This document shows, piece by piece, positions 18,568-27,440 of a DNA stretch of 32,000 nucleotides; position 1 is the first letter of the stretch, and every line of letters starts with the position of its first letter. Below the pieces are notes generated by a model. It had not been told where the DNA came from. It did no database searches and worked only from the letters and a program-made list of their open reading frames with translations. Position numbers and translations under genes: made by a program. The DNA is from Candidatus Scalindua sp. (GTDB lineage Bacteria > Planctomycetota > Brocadiia > Brocadiales > Scalinduaceae), in assembly GCA_031316235.1 (NCBI GenBank), contig JALDRA010000001.1, forward strand, positions 1,410,001 to 1,442,000. The letters run 5' to 3'.

Positions 18568-20010
18568 TCATTCCTCCAGCTGCTCAAACAATTTAATACG
18601 ATTACCCCCCATAATTTTTGCCGAGACAAGCGCCGTCTTCGACCTTTCCACCAGTTCTCCAGATGTAGTCGCATCATCTGGAAATTCTGCTATCCCGCAA
18701 CTAAACGTGATGGGGTATGACAACTTGATTCTCATTTCTGCTGAAATACCTGAAACGGCATCAACTATGCGTTTTGTCACATTAAGGGCAAGTTGCTTTC
18801 CAGTACCATATAATACGATTCCGAACTCTTCCCCTCCAATACGACCCACAATATCAGCAGGCCGAACGCTGCTATTTATCCTATCTGCAATAATACGCAG
18901 CAATTGATCTCCCGCATAATACCCGTGAGCAAGATTGAAGCGATTAAATTTGTCTATATCTATCACAACAAGTGAAATCTTCGTATCACCCTGCCTCCGC
19001 GCACGACTCATCTCTTCGTTAAGACGCCTCCACCAGAGCCCATAATTATATGTGCCTGTCAGATTATCAGTAAAAGCCATTTCCCTGAATTTTTGTCCTG
19101 AGATTGACTCTTCAATAGTCCTTGCTGTAATTTCACAAATTGTTTGAACCAGGTGCTGAGCACTACTATCCAGCTCAGGTGCTGCATCATCAAGAAAAAG
19201 AATATGGCCTTTCACGGTATCATCTGATTTCAGCGGGATGAGGATTAAAGAGTTTTCAGGAAAGAAATTTTTTGATGATGAAGAAAAATCATCCCGGTTG
19301 AATACGGTAATGCTGCGGAGAGAATCGATTCTTGCCTCTTTGAACCAGGGAATCAAATCTTCGTAAATTTCTCGATAATGCCTTATGTTAAACCCATACC
19401 CGAGAACTAGATCAAAAAATCCTGAGTCTTCATTCCTGAGGAGAAAAAAGCCTTTCCTTTTGATTCCCAGAACTTCTGAAATCAGTTGAAAAATATAATC
19501 AAAAATACCTCTCAGTTCTCGAAGTGTACCGTATTCCCGGAAAATATTCATCATATACAGCTGGGAAGGTGGTTCATGATGATTTGCGGGAATTTCCACC
19601 TGAATGAGGTATTCAAAAAAATGGTTGAGAATCTCCTGTACCAAGTGTTCCTTGCCCGGCTTTATTTCATGGTCTGAATGGGTGGAATTGATATTGATCA
19701 CGCCAATCGTTCTGTCGCTGAACTTAATCGGTGCAACAAATGCCGTATCGATCTCCGGATTGACCAAGTCCTCAGAACTTATTTCAAGATAATGTTCTCC
19801 TTCGTTTCCTTTGAGAAAAACAGACTGTCCCTTTGCCGCGACCTTACCCGCAATACCACTTCCCAGGGATACTCGTGCCTTTTTAATTATTTCACGCTTT
19901 AACCCGCGGGCACTTTTCACAGTCAGCTCCTGGTTACTCTCATCAAGCAACATAATAGAGCCACGTTCTGCCCGCATTACTTCCAGAATCACATCCAGCA
20001 TTAAGTCCAA
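18568..20010 (-). CDS. Diguanylate cyclase with N-terminal GAF and a second GAF-like region (GGDEF domain)
   Basis: 480 aa. GAF pattern at the N-terminus; the C-terminal GGDEF domain has an intact GGEEF and an RPAD I-site exactly 5 residues upstream. TTG start (ATG alternative at 20001). Confidence 0.9.
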   Translation of the reverse strand: MDLMLDVILEVMRAERGSIMLLDESNQELTVKSARGLKREIIKKARVSLGSGIAGKVAAKGQSVFLKGNEGEHYLEISSEDLVNPEIDTAFVAPIKFSDRTIGVININSTHSDHEIKPGKEHLVQEILNHFFEYLIQVEIPANHHEPPSQLYMMNIFREYGTLRELRGIFDYIFQLISEVLGIKRKGFFLLRNEDSGFFDLVLGYGFNIRHYREIYEDLIPWFKEARIDSLRSITVFNRDDFSSSSKNFFPENSLILIPLKSDDTVKGHILFLDDAAPELDSSAQHLVQTICEITARTIEESISGQKFREMAFTDNLTGTYNYGLWWRRLNEEMSRARRQGDTKISLVVIDIDKFNRFNLAHGYYAGDQLLRIIADRINSSVRPADIVGRIGGEEFGIVLYGTGKQLALNVTKRIVDAVSGISAEMRIKLSYPITFSCGIAEFPDDATTSGELVERSKTALVSAKIMGGNRIKLFEQLEE

Positions 20011-20252
20011 AATCTGTGGTGAAATCCTGCCAGTGGTGGATTGTTTTTCTATTCTACTTCTCCAAAAAAACTTTAGATATTTCTTTGAAATTTACTCAGT
20101 TTCTGATTTTAATAGTAGAAATCAGGTATATGACTCTCTCATTTCCCCTGCCGAAAGATAATTATAGGGAAAAGGAATTTGAGTGTCAAGGATTGGGTCT
20201 GAAAGGAAGGATTAAATAGTATGATACTACTTTTGTGGGCAGATAAATTGCA

Positions 20253-21125
20253 ATGGTGAAAAAACTTCTCGTTACCGGTGCAAGCGGATTTTTGGGATGG
20301 TACCTGTGTAACAAGGCAAAAGAAGAGTGGATGACGTTTGGAACAACCTTTTACCATCAATGCAAAATAGCGGGCGTAACAATCCTGAAAGTTGACTTGA
20401 CCGATTTTGATGCGTTGAGGAGACTGTTCCAGACGATCAAGCCGGATGCGGTGATACATGCAGCTGCCCAGACTGACCCTAATACCTGCCAGACGCTTCG
20501 ATCTGGATCAAAAATAATAAATGTTGACTCATCAATACGTATTGCCGCTTTATGTGCAGATTTTTCAATCCCCTGTGTCTTTACCTCTACGGATCTTGTG
20601 TTTGATGGGCTTCATGCCCCTTACCGTGAAACAGATTCAGTTTGCCCGGTCAATGTCTATGGTGAACACAAGGTATTGGCTGAAAAAGGGATGATGGCAT
20701 GCTACCCGAAGGTTACTATCTGCCGGATACCCCCATTATTTGGTATCCCGGGTACTGCATCTGCAAGTTTTATTCAACCCATGATGCAGTCAATGAGAGA
20801 GGGTAACGAGTTGCGCTTGTTTGTCGACGAATTCAGAACACCTGTAGGTGTTCAAACAGCTGTTGAGGGGATTCTCTTAGCGCTCGAAAAAGCTGCCGGA
20901 TTAATACACTTGGGTGGAGTTGAACGCATTTCACGATACAGATTTGGCACTCTGCTTGTGGAAATACTCGGCTTTACAAGAGCAAAAATATCACCGTGCA
21001 AACAGAAAGATGTGGTAATGGACGCCCCAAGACCTCCGGATGTCTCTCTTGACAGCACAAAGGCTCTGATGCTGGGTTACTCTCCATTATCCTTAAGCGA
21101 GGAGATAAAAAAGCTTGAATCATGA
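20253..21125 (+). CDS. NAD(P)-dependent sugar-nucleotide reductase/epimerase (RmlD-like SDR)
   Basis: 290 aa with TGASGFLG Rossmann motif and YGEHK (YxxxK). Length and layout resemble dTDP-4-dehydrorhamnose reductases. Confidence 0.65.
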   Translation: MVKKLLVTGASGFLGWYLCNKAKEEWMTFGTTFYHQCKIAGVTILKVDLTDFDALRRLFQTIKPDAVIHAAAQTDPNTCQTLRSGSKIINVDSSIRIAALCADFSIPCVFTSTDLVFDGLHAPYRETDSVCPVNVYGEHKVLAEKGMMACYPKVTICRIPPLFGIPGTASASFIQPMMQSMREGNELRLFVDEFRTPVGVQTAVEGILLALEKAAGLIHLGGVERISRYRFGTLLVEILGFTRAKISPCKQKDVVMDAPRPPDVSLDSTKALMLGYSPLSLSEEIKKLES

Positions 21126-21277
21126 GAATATTGTCGTATGATATTCAGTGGTAGAGCGAAAATTGCCTGTCTACTCCGTTGGTGCAGGAACTTTTTACTC
21201 TCAAGGCACGTGGGTCTTTGGTACCGGTTAGAGAAGAAGCGCTCCTTGCATCCTTTATTGTTCGGGTCAACTGCTGC

Positions 21278-21307
21278 TTTTTACTTTTAAGACATTTTTA
21301 CTTTTAA
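21278..21307 (+). repeat. Tandem 13-nt direct repeat TTTTTACTTTTAA x2 (17-nt period) just upstream of the thioredoxin-like gene
   Basis: Identical 13-mers at 21278-21290 and 21295-21307, ending 14 nt before the ATG at 21321. Confidence 0.6.
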
Positions 21308-21320
21308 AAGATTTTATAAG

Positions 21321-22274
21321 ATGAAGACTACTTTTATTCCTCTTGCTGTTTTTGCAGCCCTGCTTTTCCTGACAACAGCTGCGTTCGCTTCTGATGCTCC
21401 ATGGACAGACAATTTTGAAACAGCAAAAATTGCAGCCAGCAGGGAGGGAAAAGATTTACTTCTGCATTTCACTGGATCAGATTGGTGCCCCTGGTGTATC
21501 AAGCTTGAGAGAGAGGTTTTCAGCCAGGAGACATTTAAGAAAAACGCCCCCAGGCATTTTATTCTCGTAGATATTGACTTTCCGAAGTCCAAGGAGCAGT
21601 CTGAAAAGATAAAAAAGCAGAACAGGGAGTTGGAAAAGGGGTACCAGGTAGAAGGTTTCCCGACTATTGTACTCACCGATTCCAAAGGACGCCCCTATGC
21701 AAGGACGGGGTATCAGGAGGGAGGTCCCGATATTTTCCTCAACCATCTTCAGGAACTCCGCACACTTAAGATAAAGCGTGATGCACTATTTGAAAAGGCA
21801 GAAAATGCCAAGGGCATTGAAAAGGCGAAGCTTTTCGATCAGGCACTGAATTTGCTGAAGAGTAATGGCGTTAACACTCTTCATGAATACAGGGACATTG
21901 TCGACAAGATCGTGGAACACGACAAAAACAATAAAGCCGGGTTGAGGAGCAACTATGAGGCATTGAAAGTCCGGTACGAAAGCGATGAACGAATATCGGG
22001 CATCATGGAAGATCTGGATCGTAACCTCTCAAGTGATTACGACAAAGCCATCGGGGAGTTAACACTATTAATTGAGTTTTCCAAACCTGTGCCCGAGACT
22101 GTCCAAACCATCTACCTTAAAATGGCCGAGTTATACCAGGAGGGAAAAAAAGACAATGCTGCCTGGTTTAAGAGTCTTGAAAACGCCGCCAAAGTTGCTC
22201 CGAATACCGATATCGGCAAACGGATCATTGAGTTGCTTGAAGAGATCGAGAACGGGGAGCTAGGTAGTGATTGA
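21321..22274 (+). CDS. Secreted thioredoxin-fold protein with C-terminal helical domain
   Basis: Signal peptide MKTTFIPLAVFAALLFLTTAAFA, thioredoxin-like core with redox motif WCPWC (LLLHFTGSDWCPWCIKLE), and a ~170-aa helical extension. Confidence 0.75.
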   Translation: MKTTFIPLAVFAALLFLTTAAFASDAPWTDNFETAKIAASREGKDLLLHFTGSDWCPWCIKLEREVFSQETFKKNAPRHFILVDIDFPKSKEQSEKIKKQNRELEKGYQVEGFPTIVLTDSKGRPYARTGYQEGGPDIFLNHLQELRTLKIKRDALFEKAENAKGIEKAKLFDQALNLLKSNGVNTLHEYRDIVDKIVEHDKNNKAGLRSNYEALKVRYESDERISGIMEDLDRNLSSDYDKAIGELTLLIEFSKPVPETVQTIYLKMAELYQEGKKDNAAWFKSLENAAKVAPNTDIGKRIIELLEEIENGELGSD

Positions 22275-22325
22275 ACCAAAACCAGCCACCGTCTGCGTTA
22301 CTGTAATATATCCGTAATCATCAAG

Positions 22326-22456
22326 TTATAATTGTTTTCGGATAAAATCCGGGAAAAAAGGAGCGGGTAAAATCCTCGGCGTTTTTTGTACGGGGATACC
22401 GGCAATCAGGCTTTGGTTTTTAGAAAAATCTGAAACCAAATCGGTTTTGGCATATC
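22326..22456 (+). repeat. Structured intergenic repeat, copy A (131 nt)
   Basis: Aligns over its whole length with the reverse complement of 28224-28355 (87 of the first 99 columns identical by hand count), and at both ends with 29335-29438. Lies between convergent genes, has stops in all frames, and the flanks are unrelated. Confidence 0.85.
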
Positions 22457-22506
22457 AAAAGTATCGTGGATGAAAGTTAGGTAACGCCCGGTCTACAATG
22501 AGAAAA

Positions 22507-23205
22507 TTAGAGCAGAAGGGTACTGAAAAAACCAATCAAGGCTCCAAAAACACCCCCCCAGACAACCAGCCACCCAAGGTGCTGACGGATCATCTCTTCT
22601 ATTATCCCCTTTACATGATCCGGGGTAAGTTCATCCAACCTGGTATCTACCATGTTACCGATCTTTGACTTGAAGGTTTCAAAATCTGTCTCTCTCTGCA
22701 GAACCGATGATATGTCAATATTGTGAATAACTTCGGATACCTGTCTCTCAGACTCCTCTTTAAATGGTCCCCGCAGCGGTTCGATGACCTTTGCACCACC
22801 GATCATGTTCAACATTCCGCCGAAGGGTGATGTCGTAATTACGGATACATACCCATCGAACATCTTGTCAAAATCTATCTTTTCCATTATGAGCTCCGGC
22901 TCTATCTGGTGGGGAAAGGCCTCTTCTGAGACCTTTGCAAAATTCTCTTCGGTAAAAAAATTCTCCATAATCAGAGAACGAATACCCGCCTTAAATTGCT
23001 CAAACCTGAGGGCTATAATTCCTGAACCATAAAGCAAGGGAATTTTTTCAAACAGCATATGTACGGCCAGCCAATTGGTTAAGGCGCCAGACAATGCAAA
23101 CAAACCGGCGCAGCTGAGCGCATGTTTCCCGGGAAATTGGGGGCTTGCAAAAGCCGCCACACAGATTGTGGCGGCAATCAGATTCGTCAATACACTTTTA
23201 TTCAT
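22507..23205 (-). CDS. DUF445-family membrane protein
   Basis: 232 aa with N-terminal TM helices and a C-terminal HLGWLVVWGGVFGALIGF segment characteristic of DUF445 proteins. Confidence 0.55.
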   Translation of the reverse strand: MNKSVLTNLIAATICVAAFASPQFPGKHALSCAGLFALSGALTNWLAVHMLFEKIPLLYGSGIIALRFEQFKAGIRSLIMENFFTEENFAKVSEEAFPHQIEPELIMEKIDFDKMFDGYVSVITTSPFGGMLNMIGGAKVIEPLRGPFKEESERQVSEVIHNIDISSVLQRETDFETFKSKIGNMVDTRLDELTPDHVKGIIEEMIRQHLGWLVVWGGVFGALIGFFSTLLL

Positions 23206-23447
23206 ATTTCTTAAATTATTTATTTAGACAGGATATATACGGTTTTTATCCTGCTTACCCGGTAAATCCTGCCTGAAAAAGGGCTGAAATGGAAATTCAC
23301 ATACAATCACTATCTCTCCAGAATATATGTGCGACACATTGTATAGTAAACAGCGGTGTTTGAAAACAGAAAACTGTCAACACTCAAATATTTCATGATT
23401 ACGTTGAGGAACTACTCTCTTCTCAATTTACCGATGCACAGCAGATC

Positions 23448-23615
23448 ATGGAAAGCGGATCACAGGAAGATATTGTTGGATCAATAAAAATTTACGAGGA
23501 ACAGGAATATTATAAGAAATCAAAGAGATCAATGATTCTCAAGATGATAAAGATTCATAATGATCCATACTATATACCTCTTCGTATCTCTTATCAAAAT
23601 GGGGGTCCTCTCTAG
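23448..23615 (+). CDS. Possible 55-aa ORF or gene remnant
   Basis: ATG..TAG frame MESGSQEDIVGSIKIYEEQEYYKKSKRSMILKMIKIHNDPYYIPLRISYQNGGPL. The frame is open a further 22 codons upstream without a start. It has protein-like composition and is followed by a hairpin, but there is no clear SD and no recognisable family. Confidence 0.2.
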   Translation: MESGSQEDIVGSIKIYEEQEYYKKSKRSMILKMIKIHNDPYYIPLRISYQNGGPL

Positions 23616-23873
23616 TTGGTTAAGGAAGATGGATGCTACTTCCTTACTAACCAGACATAATCGATATCACAATGTCGATCAACAAATGTAAGTAACCGTT
23701 AAGCTGGATATATTTTGGATTTCTAAAATTTCTCTATCGCTCTTTGTGTCTTTGAGGTAAACTGTTGCTTCCTGTTTTCTGCTCAGCAATCCCTAGCCCA
23801 GACCTCAGTACGAATCGCACCAGGACAGGCCGAAACCCGAATTCCGGAATCTGAAATCCCACAATGATATCTA

Positions 23874-23900
23874 TTGACACAATCACCCGATTTTTATACT
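23874..23900 (+). promoter_or_regulatory. Candidate promoter TTGACA-N15-TATACT for the DJ-1/PfpI gene
   Basis: Consensus -35 TTGACA (23874-79) and -10-like TATACT (23895-900), about 47 nt before the ATG. The spacer is only 15 nt, which is short. Confidence 0.35.
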
Positions 23901-23946
23901 GTAGAGTCCATTATTTCGAGAACAAACTGCTTTTAAAAGGATTTCA

Positions 23947-24528
23947 ATGGGAACAAAAAAAATATTGATGATTGTTGGTGATTATGTGGAAGATTACGAG
24001 GTAATGGTACCCTTTCAGGCACTGCAGATGGCAGGACATTCGGTACACGCCGTCTGCCCGGATAAAAAAACGGGTGAATGCGTACGAACTGCCATACATG
24101 ACTTTGAGGGTGACCAGACGTACAGCGAGAAACCGGGACACAATTTCACCCTGAATGCCGCCTTTAACGAAGTGAAGGCATCTGATTATGATGGTTTGGT
24201 AATCCCGGGTGGCCGTTCACCGGAGTATCTTCGCCTCAACGAACGGGTATTGGAGATAGTAAGGCACTTTTCTGAAGTGAATAAGCCTATTGCTGCAATC
24301 TGTCATGGCGTACAACTGTTGGCTGCCGCTGGTGCACTTCAAGGGAAGAGCTGCACAGCCTACCCGGCAGTTGCACCGGAGGTAACACGCGCTGGTGGAA
24401 AATGGGTCGAGGTCCCCATAGACAAGGCACACGTAGACGGTAATCTGGTTACCGCCCCGGCCTGGCCAGCCCACCCGGAATGGCTTGCACAATTCCTTAA
24501 ACTGTTGGGAACGAAGATCACGCCATAA
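23947..24528 (+). CDS. DJ-1/PfpI family protein (PfpI/YhbO-like intracellular protease/deglycase)
   Basis: 193 aa with nucleophile elbow [19 protein letters not shown] and an N-terminal [14 protein letters not shown] pattern. Confidence 0.88.
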   Translation: MGTKKILMIVGDYVEDYEVMVPFQALQMAGHSVHAVCPDKKTGECVRTAIHDFEGDQTYSEKPGHNFTLNAAFNEVKASDYDGLVIPGGRSPEYLRLNERVLEIVRHFSEVNKPIAAICHGVQLLAAAGALQGKSCTAYPAVAPEVTRAGGKWVEVPIDKAHVDGNLVTAPAWPAHPEWLAQFLKLLGTKITP

Positions 24529-25368
24529 GTGAATCTTTGTTATGAGGGGGAGGGGCAATTACTGAAAAAATACTGAGCGTGAAACATGCATGGCTCAATG
24601 AAACAATCAAGAGAAACAGTTTGCAGCAAACACTCATTCAAATCTTCAGGCCCGATGATGAAATTCACAAAGAAGCCCTTATGCACAATATACAACTGTT
24701 TTGCAGTGACAGGCTATGGACCGGAGAGGCGGAGTCGCTGTTTATTTCAATTCCAGATTAACATAAATGACTTACCTGACATTATCACTAACCGGAATTT
24801 GTGATTGCTGTGGAGCTCTCTTTTCTTCAGGATTTGCTGTTGCCGGAACTGTCGTCATTGGTAAATGAGTACCATGTCCCGCTTGTGGCAAAACTGGATC
24901 AATCCCCGATGAAACGTATTAAATTGCAGATAATGGCATAGTGATTATCACGAGCACTATACTGTCTGCTGCGGCTTTACCAGAAGATAAAAGCCCAACG
25001 GATGAAACAGTACAAAGACTGCCCGACAAATCAATAATGCAAACCCTTTAAAGAAAAACCGGGACAAGAAAATGGGCAGACCTTCAAGCACCAATCAACT
25101 TCAACCGCACAGAAAAAACCGTGGTCAAAATTGAATGATTGAGAAAGAGTTAAAAATGTTTTTTTAGTTATATGGAAATTCATAAAAATCTGGTATCATG
25201 TTAGGCTAATTGTAAAAAAGACCGACACAGTCTATTTTACTGTTACCTGAGAAAAGAGCTGAAATTAATCCATAAGCGAGTCTAAAAAAGGTAGCAGAAA
25301 ACTGAAACAGGCAGAAGGCCTGAGTCCGGAGTTAATTTCATTTAAATCTAAATATGAAGGAGTTGAGA

Positions 25369-25701
25369 ATGGCAGAAGCAAAAGGATTGAGTAAACCGGT
25401 AAAACTGAAAAGCGAGATGGCAAAGTTTCTGGGAGCAACAGAGCTTCCCAGGACAGAGATCACAAAAAAAATATGGGATTATATTAAAGCAAACAAGCTT
25501 CAGACAAAGACCGAAAATGGCAAACCTGAAAATGCAGGCAAGTTCATTGTGGCTGATGCTAAATTGCTCCCGATCTTCAAAAAAACAAAATCAAAAAGCA
25601 AGTCAGGAAAGGTCACCGACCTTACAAAGCTCAAAGAAGGCCAGACGGTCAACATGATGCAGATGGCCGCTATTGTCGGTGCAAACATAGAACAGGAGTA
25701 A
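25369..25701 (+). CDS. SWIB/MDM2 domain protein
   Basis: SWIB pattern KLKSEMAKFLGATELPRTEITKKIWDYIKANKLQ...FIVADAKLLPIF followed by a Lys/Ser-rich tail. ATG at 25369 sits 6 nt after AAGGAG; the ORF-track ATG at 25354 has no SD. Confidence 0.85.
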   Translation: MAEAKGLSKPVKLKSEMAKFLGATELPRTEITKKIWDYIKANKLQTKTENGKPENAGKFIVADAKLLPIFKKTKSKSKSGKVTDLTKLKEGQTVNMMQMAAIVGANIEQE

Positions 25702-25824
25702 AGAGTTGGGTATGAGATGGGTATGAACTGCATCGATAACAAGTCTGTCAAGCCGTCTGTGTCCGGGTTCAAGCATCCAGATAGCAATCAACACCTAGCA
25801 TCAACGAAGAACCAGGGGGAAAAT

Positions 25825-25852
25825 GCTCCATCAGTGCCGTTTCTGATGGAGC
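25825..25852. terminator. Perfect 10-bp hairpin GCTCCATCAG-N8-CTGATGGAGC
   Basis: Lies 124 nt after the SWIB stop. On the minus strand it is followed by ATTTTCC. Possible bidirectional terminator between SWIB (+) and folD (-). Confidence 0.45.
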
Positions 25853-26159
25853 AGAACTATTAATGCTTCCGCTGAACGTGTAAAATTGGGAGTCACCCGG
25901 TGGGGGCCATACTGTCCCTGAGTAAAATAGCATACGGCGATCTGAGAGGACTTAAGTACGTTTTTGGTGTGGTAATCGTATAAAAAGTTTTATCCAGTTA
26001 CCGGGTGAGAAGGAGTACCGGTCGCCGAAATCGGCTTTAAAGAAATTATATCTGAAGACCAGACAGAAATTACGGAATACTCAGCCTTATTACCGGACTT
26101 CATTGAACAGCCCGCTTTCGACTTCGGGAGAAGACCGTTTTGATACTGTTTGCTTTTAC

Positions 26160-27077
26160 TTAACACCTCTCAATCCCCAATTTAACTTTAAGAGACTTAA
26201 GAGTATTTTTCATAAGCATCGTAATTGTCATGGGTCCAACACCCCCGGGAACTGGTGTGATACTTCCCGCAATTTCCTTAGCCGCTTCAAAATCAACATC
26301 TCCTTTGAGAATTGCAACCATCTTATTGGGGTCGTTTTTGCTCGGTTTTTCACCAACCCTGTTAACACCCACGTCAATTACGCATGCACCCGGTTTTATC
26401 CACTCCGGCTTAACCAGGCCGGGTACTCCTGCAGCGACGATTAGTATGTCTGCACGTTTACAATGGACCTCCATGTTTTTTGTACCTGTATGAACGATTG
26501 TCACCGTTGAATTAGCACCTTTTCCTTTTTGAAGCATCATGTTGGCAATCGGCTTACCAACAATATTTGAACGGCCTACCACGACAACTTCTGCACCGCT
26601 CGTCTCTACACCAGCACGTACAATCATTTCCTGGATACCAGCCGGCGTGCACGGTGGAAATCTAAGCGCATCGCCCCCAATCATAAGTCTCCCCACATTA
26701 ACAGGATGGAAACCATCAACATCTTTATCCGGATCTATGGCATTGAGCACTTTCTTTTCATCTATGTGTCCTGGAAGGGGAAGTTGTACAAGGATGCCAT
26801 TAATAGAGTCGTCATTATTGTATTTATCTATAAGGTTAAGAAGGGCCTCTTCAGAGATATCAACTGATTGAGTATCCTGTACCTCTTTAAAACCTACCCT
26901 GTGAGCGGTTTGTATTTTCAACGTAACGTAGGACATGGAAGCGGGATTTTCGCCAACGAGAATGGTAACAAGCCCGGGCACGACCCCATGCTTTTCCTTT
27001 ATTTCCGCTACTTCAGCTGTAATCTCTTCCAGAATCTGCTCTCGAATCTCTGTACCCTTTATGAGTTTTGCTGTCAT
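26160..27077 (-). CDS. folD: Bifunctional methylenetetrahydrofolate dehydrogenase/methenyl-THF cyclohydrolase
   Basis: Motifs VGENPASMSYV, VQLPLP, DVDGFHPVNVG, VVVGRSNIVGKP and PVPGGVGPMT. Start set at ATG 27077 (MTAKLIKG...), preceded by AAAGGAG/GAGGAG. The 21-codon extension in the ORF track has no support. Confidence 0.93.
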   Translation of the reverse strand: MTAKLIKGTEIREQILEEITAEVAEIKEKHGVVPGLVTILVGENPASMSYVTLKIQTAHRVGFKEVQDTQSVDISEEALLNLIDKYNNDDSINGILVQLPLPGHIDEKKVLNAIDPDKDVDGFHPVNVGRLMIGGDALRFPPCTPAGIQEMIVRAGVETSGAEVVVVGRSNIVGKPIANMMLQKGKGANSTVTIVHTGTKNMEVHCKRADILIVAAGVPGLVKPEWIKPGACVIDVGVNRVGEKPSKNDPNKMVAILKGDVDFEAAKEIAGSITPVPGGVGPMTITMLMKNTLKSLKVKLGIERC

Positions 27078-27116
27078 GCTCCTCAATTCTCCTTTCAAAA
27101 TAAGCAAATGAGATGG

Positions 27117-27148
27117 TATCGTTTTCGCCGAAGGCACCAAAAACGATA
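27117..27148 (-). terminator. Strong hairpin between the TusA-like gene and folD (terminator or leader structure)
   Basis: The minus strand reads TATCGTTTT-TGGTGCCTTCGGCG-AAAACGATA: a 9-bp outer stem plus an inner GCC/GGC stem. It is followed by CCATCTCATTTGCTTATTTT rather than a clean U-tract. Confidence 0.45.
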
Positions 27149-27200
27149 AAATGCCCGAATATTACTTTTTCTCTCGTTGTTTGATAAGGATGATAAAGCT

Positions 27201-27440
27201 TTACTTACCCGGTGACTGTTTCCGTACGAAGGTGTGATACTCATCATCTCTTTCGTCTATCTTCAGTAACTCATTTCCCGTCTTTTCACACCAGGCCTCT
27301 ATGTCAGTCTTTATCCCATCATCAGTCGATATGATTTCCAGTATCTGCCCTATCTCCATCTCCTTAATCTTCTGGGATGCCTTGAAAATTGGCATCGGGC
27401 AGAGGAGACCGTAGCAATCTAAGGTAAAATCAGGTTTCAT
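27201..27440 (-). CDS. TusA/SirA-like sulfur-carrier protein
   Basis: 79 aa with LDCYGLLCPMP (CPxP active-site motif) and ILEIISTDDGIKTDIEAWC, typical of the TusA family. Confidence 0.85.
   Translation of the reverse strand: MKPDFTLDCYGLLCPMPIFKASQKIKEMEIGQILEIISTDDGIKTDIEAWCEKTGNELLKIDERDDEYHTFVRKQSPGK

Noticed and set aside
23229-23262. CGGTTTTTATCCTG...TTACCCGG near the DUF445 start, resembling the CGGATTTTATCCG hairpin of the repeat family.
   Set aside because: Similarity is limited to about 14 nt and the rest of the element is missing, so this is probably coincidence.
24767-24922. Mini-ORF MTYLTLSLTGICDCCGALFSSGFAVAGTVVIGK-TGA-VPCPACGKTGSIPDETY*, considered as a possible selenocysteine-containing small membrane protein.
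   Set aside because: There is no SD before the ATG, I see no convincing SECIS-like hairpin directly after the TGA (24866-68), and there is no family resemblance. It is more likely a decayed fragment or chance.
25717-25863. 48-codon ORF (MGMNCIDNKSVKPSV...) directly after the SWIB gene.
   Set aside because: It has a weak or absent SD and low-complexity sequence, and its 3' end is the 10-bp terminator-like hairpin.
27078-27140. N-terminal extensions of the longest ORFs in the track: folD 27078..27140, sugar transferase 18561..18677, cytochrome c 29258..29272 and SWIB 25354..25368.
   Set aside because: Downstream ATGs have proper SD sequences, give canonical N-termini or signal peptides, and remove the overlap with the upstream gene.
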